In this document: piece after piece, positions 24,868 to 36,851 of the stretch | How the letters are laid out: every line of letters starts with the position of its first letter | Numbering within the stretch: the first letter of the stretch is position 1 | Made by a program: the position numbers and the translations under genes | The notes under the pieces: model-generated | What the model saw: only the letters and a program-made list of their open reading frames with translations | Told to the model about the DNA's origin: nothing | Database searches by the model: none | Assembly: GCA_051362555.1 (NCBI GenBank) | Contig: CM120646.1 | Span: 19,840,001 to 19,904,000 of the forward strand | DNA length: 64,000 bases | From: Lingula anatina | Taxonomy: Eukaryota; Animalia; Brachiopoda | Direction: 5' to 3'

Positions 24868-27800
24868 CAATGGTTATTTGTAAGAGGGGGGAAAAAAAAG
24901 ATAAAAAAAGATATGCAAACATGAAGTGTGATTTCTTAAAATGTATTTGAAAAAGATAATCTGAGAAACAATTCTTTGCTTAACAGTTTGGATTGTTGAA
25001 AAATCTGATGAAAAAAAAAAAAACACAGTTTAACTAAAGAGAGGCTCAAGTGAAACTCTCACCATCTTGTTTCTCTGCTCCTTCCTCTACGGCATCTTCC
25101 CTTACTTTGTCTTCTTCCTCAGTCTGAGACAGGCTGAAAAGAAGTAACCACTTGTTACAGGTGACACATCATTGCAGCATAAGAGCTGTCCATGACTTTC
25201 ATGACATTTTCAACTTTTAATTATAAGACATCTTTTTATAACTTATTCTTAAGACACACACACACACACGCACACACATGCGCACACAGACACAAAAACA
25301 CACAGGTGTTAAGCTGGCAGGGGGAGGTGGGGGGGGGGAGAGAGAGGACAGTTACCTGCTACACCCATACTTCACATCCTGGCTGTCATTGTCTGGGTTG
25401 GTGACGGCCAGTGCTTCTGGACTGCCTGAGGAAATAAATGTGGAGGAAACCATGTTTGAACTAAAATCAGCTTTCAACATAGAAATACAAACAGACTGTT
25501 GTCCTTACTAGAAGAAAAGAATTGGTTATACTAAATCAACAGCAAAAAAAAAAAAAAAAAAAAAGAAAAAAAGCCAATTTGTCTTGGATATATCAAAAAA
25601 TTAAAGACCTTAAAGTTCACTGTTCAAACCAATATGATTTTTTAGTTACTGCTGGCACATAAAAAGGGATTTTTAACTCTTACACTGAATTACATACTGT
25701 ATTGTTTTTTCACCAAGATTTTCCAATACAGGGTTTTAAAACAGGGTAAACACAAACATTATTAATTCTATTACAAATGTTATTTCTAAAGTTTCCTATC
25801 TGTGAATTTTTCCAAAAGGTTCTCTACCTTCACACTTGGCCACATGTTTCAGCATCCCGTCTATCTTGACCATTTTCTTTGGGCAGTTGGGACACTTGAC
25901 CCTCTGGAACAGCTTAAAGCGGTGTTTTCTGTGGACGTGGACCATCATGTAATGCCACTGGGTTGCCTGATTGGAAATAAATCTCAGTATAAAACATTGA
26001 TGGCAAACTGCGCCACCTGCCAACTATCTTGACACGGTTTTGAGTCACTTGCAACTCCAAAGTCAGTGCAAGAATTTCAAAGGGAAATTTGAAAAACCAA
26101 TGCTTTAGCATGGGTTAAAGACTTTTCTAAATATTTCAGGATTGTTACAGATTAAAGTGATGGCAAGCGTCAGGAAAAAAGATCAAAGGTTGGTTATTCC
26201 GATAAAAAATATTGTTTTTTTCCGGAAAAATTGGTGAAATGTGAGTTCATTTTACAAGAAAATCTAACAATGTGCATCTTTAATGTTATAAAAGAGTCTC
26301 TCAAGAAAATTCTGCTACTTCATCATAAGACCCAGATGCCTCGTCTCAATATATCCCAAAGAGAAGACCAGCTGTACCTGGGATTCTTGACTTTTCCCGC
26401 TGGGCACATAGTTGCACACAAAGCAAGTGTAAAGTTCCCCCTCTGGATCCATGGAAGTGTGAAACTTGCGATGAAGCTCACTCTCTTGTTTGGTCTTCAG
26501 ATGGACGGCACATCGCGGGTGGGGGCAGTTGTACACCATGGTCACCTGACAAGATGAGCCACTTTAAAATTTCAGTACATTTTCAATTAAATATTATTGT
26601 TGCTTATCAAAAAATTACTCAGTAAATAGGCAGAAGGACATAAAAAAGATATAACACTGTTTCATTTTTACACACCATGACTGTAGGGACAGAATTTCAA
26701 TTTTTAAGCACTTCTTTCGATATTTTAAACTACTAATAACCCCCTCATTATCATAATTAATCAAGATAACTCCTCTTCAGTTATACAGTTTGATAAAGAC
26801 AAGTTCAGAATACAACAAGTAATTTTGGAGTACTGAGCAATTGTGTTATTTAGGATATGATAACTTACCTGATGCACATACTGCAGATGGGCCGACAAAA
26901 TCTCCCACCTGGATGCCTTACAGGTCAGATTGCCACACACATAGCACCTTAAATCTCGCGGAGCATCAGGACTCACATGACTCTGCATGTGTGCTGCGTG
27001 CTCGCTGTCAGACCACAAGTTAACGCCACAGATCTTACATTCTGCGATATCTTCAAAATTAAGATCTGGCATATCAGGAAGTGGAGCACAGGGGGCCTTT
27101 TTTCCCTTTTTCTTCTTTTGACCTATGCTCTTCTTTTCATTGTTTTTACTCCCACTATTGTCATTACTGTCACTGGCAACTGTTTCATCATGATTGTCAA
27201 CGTCACCATTATCATCATCATCATTATCATCATCATCAACATTATCTTTGTTATCTCCGTCATCATTGTCAGCATTATTTTCCAATTTTACACGTTTTGG
27301 TGTCATGTATTCAGATACTTCCTTAACTTTTCTCTTCCCCAATTTCTGTTTTTTCGGTCTCTTTACTTTTTCCTTTTTAGGATGCCCTGCCCCTAAACTC
27401 TCAGTAGCACAATCAGTCTCTTGTTTCACAGGTGCCAGTTCATTACACTGTGGGGCTTCATACTGAGTTGCCGTGGAAACCATTTTGTTACGTTTCCATG
27501 GATACAACTGGATATTACACTTTGAGCACCGTACTGGCTTAGCACCACTGCTGCAACTCTGGCATAATGGCGGCCCTGGAGTGGTGTCGCCATCACCACC
27601 GCCATTGGGGCTCTCTGGTTGACTAGGCAAATCTGGACTTTCTAAGCGTTCTGTCCTGCAACTCAACTGATGGCTGGTCTCCTCATCGCACCTGACCCTC
27701 GAGCTCTGCATGGAATTTTGAGATTGTTGTAGATTTTCTGAGTTGTGGGTTAATTTATTCATGATACTAGCTATTGCGGTATCTATGGCCATAGACTGCA

Positions 27801-29580
27801 CTTGTGTTGAGAGTTCTTTATCCTGTTTTTCCACTGGTGCAGGCTGTTTCTCATTACTGTTAATAGGTCCTACATTATTTTCAATTTGTCTACTTTGTGG
27901 TTCTTTTTCAGCCTCATTACCATTCACATCCTCTGTGGATTGCTGAAAATTTGTTTGCCTTGGCGGCTGTGGTGGTGGTGGTGGTGGTGGCGGCGGGGTC
28001 GTCTTACGACTGTTGTCATGGTATTGTACTGGAGGTGAGCTGCGTTCATTGTCATGGTAACGCTGGTTGTCATGGTAAACAGGAGGCCTGTCAGTGTGCG
28101 TGTCTTTGGGATAACTGTCAAAGTCGTGTCCAGCGCTGTACAGCTTGGCTGCGGCACTCAGTGTGTGAATTCCGCCATAGTTGCCATAGTAACTGCTAGC
28201 ACCACTAGGCTGGTAGCGTGAACTCACTGGTACAGTGGTATGATGGTATGTGTCTGGTCCAGCCAGAGTACTACCTGGACGGTGGACAGTTGAGATTAGG
28301 ATTTTATCACATAGGTCTTCAGAACAAGAGGGTCATAAAGCAATGCTTAGCAACTTGAACTTTGATTTATCACTCCATTATTGTATTCCATTAATTATTC
28401 TTGAGGATAAATAAATGAAATAAATAACATCATATATCAAATTTAATCTCACCATTTATTCCATTAACTTTTTTTAGAGCAAAATATTTCACACTTTCTT
28501 AGTAGAATTAGAACACGTTTTCCACTTTACTACATGTTTCACACTTCCCTGGAGTCAGCCATGATGAACAAGTTACCTGTGGACCTCTGTGAGGTGTACA
28601 GCGGTGCCGTAGTCTCTGTCCCCAGTCCATCACCACTGCTGCTACCTGGTCGATACTGTGATGACACCGCCACACCACTTATGGTAGCGGAATGTATGTC
28701 ATACTGTCCCACTGTGGTGTTGGGTGCCATGACACCACCGGCGCCAGGCTGGTAGCGTGAGGAGACACCGGGCCCTGAGCTGGGTGGTGAAGGGGGGCTG
28801 TGGCTCCTCTGTGCTGCCACTAGGGCCTGGTTGGCCAGCATTCTTAACTGTGCTGTGTCACAGTTCAAGCTGGTGTCATAGTCTCGATATACTGGCCGAG
28901 TTCCTCCGCCATGGTGTGGAGGGAGAGATTCCCTTCCCTATTATAACAATGAAAGATAATCAGATTGTTTTAATACAATATAATATTTCCAATTAATCTA
29001 ATAAATTTAAATGTGTTACAAAAAATATCTATATCAGAAATCTGTGTTTCCATTTTGAAAAACTCTTGCCTTACTAACCAACCATTAGAAATATTCTTTT
29101 CTCTGGTGCATACTTCACAGGATATATTTTTTTGTCTTTTGAAAGGACTTAAGGTGAAGCTGTTAATATGTACCTTTATTCATCTTTCAGCTTTCTTTTG
29201 TCTTTCTTTCAGCCATTTGAAAAATATTCCTCACTTGAGTGATGTCTTTAAATAATTTCTTCCCTTCTCAAATTAAAATATTATTTTGTGTCCTTGAGCA
29301 ATATTACCTGATGGTAGTTCTCAAGTGGCTGGGGGTAGGAAAACACGCCAGCAACAGCAGGGTCCATCATGTGCTCTGTCACCAAATGGTGCTGAAAGCT
29401 TTCCCAGTCGGCAGCACTGTACGGGCACCTGCGACAAAGGTACGGTGGGGGACCCAGGTCCATCATGTGCTCCGTCGCCAGATGACGCTGCAAACTCTCC
29501 ATGTCCGGGGTGCTAAACTGACATCGTCGGCAGTGGTATGGAGGAGGAGGAGCGAGATCTCCACAACCTAGATCCGACAT
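22139..29580 (-). CDS. multi-C2H2 zinc-finger protein, 11 coding exons, ~1240 aa
   Basis: Exons with GT-AG boundaries and matching phases: 29580-29308, 28937-28577, 28274-26869, 26545-26378, 25966-25828, 25425-25356, 25133-25063, 24829-24671, 24073-23877, 23395-23280, 22901-22139 (3723 nt). About 14 C2H2/C2HC fingers (e.g. CDLCDYAAADSATLRKHKRKH after a YGLRPF linker; CHICGNGFK|RRCGFKKHMLTQH assembled across an intron), plus poly-P, acidic and Lys-rich NLS-like segments. Confidence 0.9.
23590..23915. repeat. 104-bp tandem repeat (x3) containing the 3' end of zinc-finger exon 9 and its splice donor, with internal ~22-bp ACACCTAACACAATGTGA sub-repeats
   Basis: ACTCACCTCTGCCA(C/T)CAGCAGCCCAGG occurs at 23663, 23767 and 23871, a 104-bp period. 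Confidence 0.9.
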
Positions 29581-30439
29581 GATGTGGAGTCTCTGTATTT
29601 AACACCACTTAGCATACCATGTACTGAAACCAGGGTTTTTCACTTGGTTTTAATGAGAATGGTAATAACTTCTCCATGAATATATATCCATATACATGTA
29701 TGTCCTTTATCCTAAAGAGAAAGCAAATTAAAAGACCCCATTACAAGTGAAAAATGGCATGGTGATTTGTAGCAGATTACTACATGTAGAACTTGTCATG
29801 TGAAACAACTATACATTTTAATGCAAATATATAAATAATTATCTTAAGCGCAAACTGAGCGATAATCAATCAAAGATTGCATATTATGAGACATAAAAAC
29901 AACCATGATATTGTAATTAAATAACCTGCAAAACTTGCACCAATTACCTATATTGTACTTACACAATGTAATGAAGCATTGATATGTGCAAATAGAAACT
30001 ATGCTTCAAAAATCATATACAGTTATGTCATGCCAATTTTTACACATTTCCTATACTTTTGCAAGGTGCACTCCTATACTTTATCAACTGCATCATGATA
30101 ACATATCATACTGTACAGCAAATTATGGGCCTTTCATTTAATTTATGTTTGACAGTCTACAGGTACAATACGCTTTGAAACCATACGTATGTGACAAAGA
30201 CTCACTTGACTAATTTATACCATTGTTTCGCTCACTAGCTGACCCTGCCAAGTCCGGTCAAATCTAAGAACTTCACGCAAACATTAACTCTGGCTGGCAT
30301 GGTAATGAAATATATGGTTGAAAATATATGAATGGGGGCAAAGGAATGAATTCGTTTTTGGATTAAATACACTCTACCGTTAGATGAGCATGCATCTGAT
30401 ATCTTCTTTATATCATACTTCTGCGAAAATGTACCTTAC

Positions 30440-30560
30440 CTGATGTATTCACGCAAAATTTAAACTGTATTTTGCACAATAAATTGACAGTATGCCTCTT
30501 CTCTGGAATAAGCCATCTGTAAAAGGCCACACGCTACGCTTCGATATGAATATTGTTCAA
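30440..30560 (-). promoter_or_regulatory. probable non-coding first exon/promoter of the zinc-finger gene
   Basis: Donor CAG|GTAAGG at 30439; CpGs reappear at 30420-30580; an acceptor TACAG| lies 12 nt upstream of the ATG at 29580. Confidence 0.4.
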
Positions 30561-31303
30561 GACAAGCTATACGATACGTTAAGTGGTGTTTATTTATTTC
30601 AGGAGAATGCCATTTCAAACCCACTTTTAATTGATGTTAGCTGATTTAATAACATGGAATAAATGTATTATCTCAGAGGACAAAGGTGTGATATTTTTGG
30701 TCAAAATGAATATTTTTTTCTATTAAACTGGTCTGATCAATCTACAATAGCAATAGAAACGATTAAAAGAGTCTTAGGAATAATGAAAAGAAAAAATATT
30801 TATATATACCGGTATATATTTGAAAATATGGGTGTGAACTTTCAGAAAAAAATTTTCCAAAGGTTTCTAAAATAGTTTTGACAATATATCTAAATATCTA
30901 CTTGATGTTAAGAGAAGATACATGTAAATGGCTTAAAAATCAAATTGGTTACCCAATAGACATTGAAGCAAGTAATATTTCCAGATTTTGATGCAAAATG
31001 GCACATTTCTGTGAATATGTGGTGTAAGTTGTGTTAGATTTTACACGATATACATGTATATAAACACTGCTTTTCTCTACAGGTATTTTATTCATATTTC
31101 ATGAAATGTTTATCACCATGCACCTTTGCTTAAAAATATTGATGTGTTTGTTGTTTCCTACACATTTTACATGAAGAATAGAAATAGGCCTAGATGTTTA
31201 CATGAATACAGGTTTAAGTTAGCCCGGTGCATTTGTTACATTTATTTTTAATTTAATATCAAATTTTACCAGAAATCATCAACATGATAAAAAAAGCAAA
31301 TGA

Positions 31304-34213
31304 TTAATCAGGACACAGTCTTTTAACATCTTCCATTGTTGTCTTGACTAGTGACCACGTGGTTGAGTGGCGAGGACAACGCCGCACCGCCACCTTCATG
31401 CACTGCTTCTGTGCACATGCGTTTAGAGTGGTGCGAGCGCAGATGTTGATTTCTTTGAAACACATCCTCTCTGAAAAAAAAAAACGAATAAAAAGAAGGA
31501 AAATTAACTACACGTCTCAAACCTAAAAAAAGGCAATTGGTGATCTTGACGGAATCCAAATAACAATAAGAGATCTGTCTATATGAAGAAAAAAAAGGAA
31601 GGTTTACTTTGCTTCTTTGCCTTTTTGTACGCGCATCCCAACACAAAAAACTTACATTAAAAGGAGCAGTTTACATATAAAACAGTAACACGTTTAATAC
31701 CGTGAATATGCAAACATACAACAGACATATGCCTAAAATGTGGGTCGATTCTCTAAGCCGATTCTCAGAAAAAGACACAAAAATGAACCTACGACATCAA
31801 TATTCAGTTAAATTCACTTCATCTTAAAAACCTACCCAGAACTTTGCAGGCCTCGCCAAGGTCTCTAACCACTGTCTGCACGTGCTCCCAAATGGCGGAA
31901 CCAAATGTACATCTTCCCACCACGTGCTCAGCACATGCTGCCTGTTGGCAGGTGAGCTGACTGCTCTTTGTACAGGTGTTTATCTCAGAGATGCAGGTGG
32001 AATCTAAGCAAGATATAAATTTGCGAGGGTGAATAATAATAATATTATGCAACAACTTTGTACTCTGCCTTTAAGCAACAATAAAGCAAAACAGAAATAA
32101 TAAGGAACTCTATCTTCGTCACACGAGTGACTTGAAATAATAAACCTGGAGTTCTAATACAGGTTTACTAGATCATATTTGCTAAACTGTGAATAAGTTT
32201 ACCTCTGTGATTTAGGGAAATCGTTAAAATTAACAGAAAAATTCAGTCATAGCTATATATGTGTGCGTGTGCGTGTGCAAGATATGCAGCAGGGAGGCAT
32301 CAAAGGTCAGATACAAGGATAAAGGAAGCACGCGGAAAGGGAGCATTGTTTTCCAATTTTTCTTTCACTCTGATTGAAAATAACGGTATGATCAAGCAGG
32401 TCAATTTTATTGATAATGACCAATAACAAAAGAATTACAATTTTCATCAGGGCGATAAAGAATGAAAGGTATGGTAGGAGTTATCAGGGGCGGATCCAGA
32501 GTTATTTTCTGACAGTCTTCCAATTTATCTTTGTTGATCCATCCTCCATTTTTGACCGTCTTCCGACAGAAAAAAATTAGATACCCGTCAATGTAAACTT
32601 GACAAACCTGACCGTCTTCCGGAAGACCCAGAGGACGCCCTATATCCGCCCCTGGTTATGGCACTGTTTGTGAACAGGTTTTTAAACGATTCATTATTAT
32701 TATTATTATTATTATTACCGTTTAGTGGCATTGCCGTGGCGGCATAATCTACAGTATGGAACAACCCAAACCTATCCACTCGCACTACAACCATGGCTGA
32801 AGTTTTAAGTACACCAGACGTAGCCTCGATGTTGAAATGATACTCATTCTTGATATGGTCTGAGAACAGCCGTGAGCGCGTGACTATCATAGCGCCTGGT
32901 TTTCCCGCCGTTTGACTCAAGTCAAATTTATCCAAATCTGGGCCGCTTACCATGCGGTAAATTACTTCGGCGTTAGATCCGAGATCTGCGTCATAGGCAT
33001 ATATTGTGCCAACAATTTTAGCTTTTGTATATGAAGTAGGATTCCAGTGTCTAGGTAAAGTGAGGTATAGCAAGACAGGGTTTATAGGGAAAACCGGAGC
33101 GTTATCGTTGACGTCAGTGACATGGATTATGACTGATACTGGTGTCGCCCTCTGTGGCTCACCGTGATCAACAGCCAGGGCCACGAGGTGATACAGATCC
33201 CGCATTTCCCGGTCTAGATGTCTGGCCACTGTGATTGCCCCAGAGGTCGCGTCAATGGCGAAATCCCCGTCACCATTGTAGCCTCCTTCGAAGGTGTACT
33301 TTATGTGAGAGTTTAAACCATCATCAATATCTCTGGCAGATAAATGTAAGACCCTCTTCCCTATGAACGCGTTTTCAGGTACGGTGCCTTCGTATCTGAT
33401 CCTGTCCTTGCCTACCGAGTTAACTGTATCCAACTTGGCGAATGCATTGTACACAAATTCAGGATAATTGTCGTTCATGTCATCTATGATGACATTAAGG
33501 TACGCTACTCCAGTCCTTGGCGGAGTGCCGTTATCCACTGCTGTTGCACGTAACGTGTACTGCGCCGTGCGTTCCCTGTCAAAAGACGTAGTAGCCCAGA
33601 CCTCGCCGTCGCCTCGCTCTATGATAAACCACGGTGACCCGTCTAGATAGTAGTGTATTTCACCGTTGGATCCTGTGTCGTTGTCCGTAGCACTCACTTT
33701 AAATGTGAAGATGAATGGGTTGGAATTTTCCAGAATGTGAGCTGTGTACGAGTCCTGGGTGAACGCTGGGGTGTGCTCATTAAGATCTGGCATTTCTTGA
33801 TACGCTGCTAATTGGAAAAAAGTTATGTTATCATAAACGACTAAAAATGGTTAGGAATGGGCAAAAGGAAAATGATTGGTCACAGGAAGCTTTCAAATAC
33901 CAACATTTTCACTTTTTTGTTTCTTTTTTTTTTTTTTTTTTAATGATACATAAACGAATTGCAGATATAAAGAACAGTCCAGTCTTATAAATGTACTCTG
34001 CATAAAATATGCAACATTTGCGAAGGATACATGATTTTGAATATTAGTACTGCCAGTTTTTAGAGGGAAGTAGAAAACTTAGGACGTTGAAATTTTAAGG
34101 ATGTCTCCCCTTCAGAAGTAATAATTCTCACCTGCAGATACGGACCTTATCCAGAACAATTCGACGACTAACACGATAATTTTAGAAAATGAGATTTGAG
34201 TAAGCTCAGCCAT
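31304..34213 (-). CDS. secreted protein: signal peptide, 3 Flamingo/CELSR-like cadherin repeats, 2 unrecognised six-Cys domains; no transmembrane segment; ~501 aa
   Basis: Exons 34213-34132 (MAELTQISFSKIIVLVVELFWIRSVSA), 33807-32719 (cadherin motifs DRE, DxNDNxPxF, AxDxG), 32003-31836 and 31470-31304. All three introns are phase 1 with GT-AG ends; total 1506 nt. AATAAA lies ~60 nt after the stop. Confidence 0.85.
32485..32654. mobile_element. MITE with CAGGGGCGGAT terminal inverted repeats and 5-bp target-site duplication GTTAT
   Basis: CAGGGGCGGATCCAG at 32485 and CTATATCCGCCCCTG ending at 32654; GTTAT on both flanks. Lies in intron 2 of the cadherin gene. Confidence 0.75.
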
Positions 34214-36851
34214 TTTGATAAATCCTTGTGCTTTCTTTGACTCGCCGGCCACTGCTTCATCTGGTATGGTCACTCACGCCACACACGGCTGACCCTTCTG
34301 CCTGGAGTAGTGGACAATAATGACCAGCATTACCTCGATCTGCAGTTTTAGAGGTCCACTTCACAGAAGGCTGACATACCTGCACAGTTCAATTGCATGC
34401 CACAGGTGTACATTTGTACTTGGTTCTCTCCCCACAACCTTAAAGCGATGTATGTTTATTTTCTTGTTTGTCTCCTAATTTCCTGATTGACATGAAGGTC
34501 AGAAGTTTTCCCTGAAGTACTTGGCACCGACTTCTATGTTGAAGGTATGACTAGGTGTTGGTTTTCTCAGTACGTTCACATTGCTGCTCTATACACTCCC
34601 ATGCCACATCTACACGTCACGCTTTGCTGAACACTCAGCTCTTTTTCAAGTGACGAAACATTAACGCATCAGGTAAGTTTTCGTTTTGCGTTGATTTTTT
34701 TCTTTCTTTTTTGTCTCGTATCTATTTTTGTGCAGAAATTCACTGCTCATCTTTTAACCTTCTGGCAAGTTTTCTTTGTATACATATACAAAGAAATGAC
34801 TACATGTATACCTGCTAAAAGATTGATTTCCCCTTTTAGAATTTAAATAAACCCCAAATGCATTTAGCTCCCCAGTGGTATTATGCAAGTGAAGATAGAG
34901 CGGTCTTAACATCCCTTTACATAAATCTATTACATTACATTCACCCATTAAGCGTTCTTCTGACTCGCGCATTAAAGGGGGGGGGGGGGTAATATATTCA
35001 TATGTTAGTAGGCCTACTGGAAGATTGATGGAAATATTTAGAATTTAAGGTTATTTCGTGATTTTTGTAGCAAAGTTAAGGGGCAGATATTGAGTGATAA
35101 CCACTCTTGTCGTTCTAAAGAGGAATTGAGAGGGGTGATGCAATAAAATAGTTAAACGAAATTATATAACCTTTCCTTTGCTCCCCCTCTTTCTCTATCT
35201 CACGCACGCACACACCATGTTCCCATAAATAAAAAAAGACAAACAGGCATTTTTTTAAAGTTTTATTGATGCACGGAGCGTGATAAAGCACGTCCTAGTC
35301 GCTTTTCATTTAACAGTTAGGCATACGAATGTTGCTTAAAACAAATTCTGCCACAAATACAAATTCATGTTGCAAATATGCTTACCAGTGTCCAATGTCT
35401 TTTACATGTAGCTCTAATAAGCATATAATAAGCATATAAATCTAAGCATACAATCAAAGAAAATCACTGCATGTGTACACATGTACTGTGTTTACAGTTT
35501 TGAACAGTTCTCTTGCTATACACGGCTATTTTGAACGGTCAGACACATGCAGACCGTAGTTTTAACCCGAATAACACGATGCATAGGGCACACCAGTGTG
35601 AAGATGCCACATTGTGAAAACATAGTCATTGCAAAGCATAGCACCAAATACAATTTTATTGCACGTAAATATTGTCTTTGAAATTATGAACAAAACGGAG
35701 CTGATTAAAATGCAAGTTTTCCCCCCCAAGCTTGCTGTGTGGAATTGTGAGCCAAAGCATGTTGGTCTTGCCTTATTACTTGGTATAAAATATTTTACGT
35801 ACTTATAATTATAATATTAAATAATCATCAATAGTCCTCTATAGGTAACATGATATACCTTCAAAATGATGGACGATTCAGAAAACAATTGCTAATTCAT
35901 CAGGAAGGTAGGTCACATATGTGCATTTCCAATTAATATCGTAAAACGATCTATAATACTTTTCATTATGCCTAACGTGTAACTATTCATCAATTCTAGA
36001 GATTAGTGAAACTAACAAAAGACAATAAAAACTTCTACACTACCAATCAAAAGACGAGTTCATTCGTAGATGAAGAAGAAATATGCCAATCCTCCCCTTT
36101 CCACTATGCGATCTGTATAATTCTCGTCCAGCGAGGATGTAAAAGTAATTTGAAGTTCAGAACATGAGAACAATAGTTATGATAATCACATAAAATGGGA
36201 CTTCTCTTTAAAATCCAAATATTGCACGAATTGTTTTACACAGCATGGGCAATAATATGAATTGAATATGTCTGTGGAATGTTCTGCAGTGTAAAATCAA
36301 TTGTAATTTTTTTATAAATTGGGACTAAACGAGTTATTGATAAAGAAGATTCAGCAGGCCAACTTAGGCAAAATACATGCATTATAAAAAAGTATCCCAT
36401 AATTTCCCCCTCAGTCGTCTGGGATATACTTCATTACGTAACAAAATAACTAACCGATAATTAACAATTGATCAGGAAGACATAATCAATTAATGCAATT
36501 AGGCACTGATTTTCAACTTCTCGAGTCAGACGGTCACGTTTCCGCGCCGAACTTGGTACGACCTACACATGGTCATTTCCCATCAATTACTCATAGGTCG
36601 TCGACATTTATACATTTTTGTTAATTTGTAGTGTAAAATAACAATTCCAATTGTCATTGTTGAGTCTTGAGCACAGCCAAGTAACTAACGAATTTGTGGA
36701 TATCTCTCTGCTTTGGCGGTAGATGTTTGGATGTTCAGATGCCAACCTGGTCAATACTTTTTGAACTTGTTATGGCGCACAGAAAAAGACTCGGAATACG
36801 AAAACAAAACAATATCCTAGGATCTAAATCTATTTCTTATGGTGTAACTCG

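Noticed and set aside
26841-29571. Plus-strand ORFs overlapping the zinc-finger exons (also 22439-22750, 37057-37344, 46398-46718, 51175-51489)
   Set aside because: Antisense shadows of real minus-strand coding exons.
32588-33793. 401-aa single-exon cadherin as given in the ORF track
   Set aside because: It lacks the signal-peptide exon and its tail reads through a donor into (AAT)n and a MITE; the spliced 4-exon model fits better.
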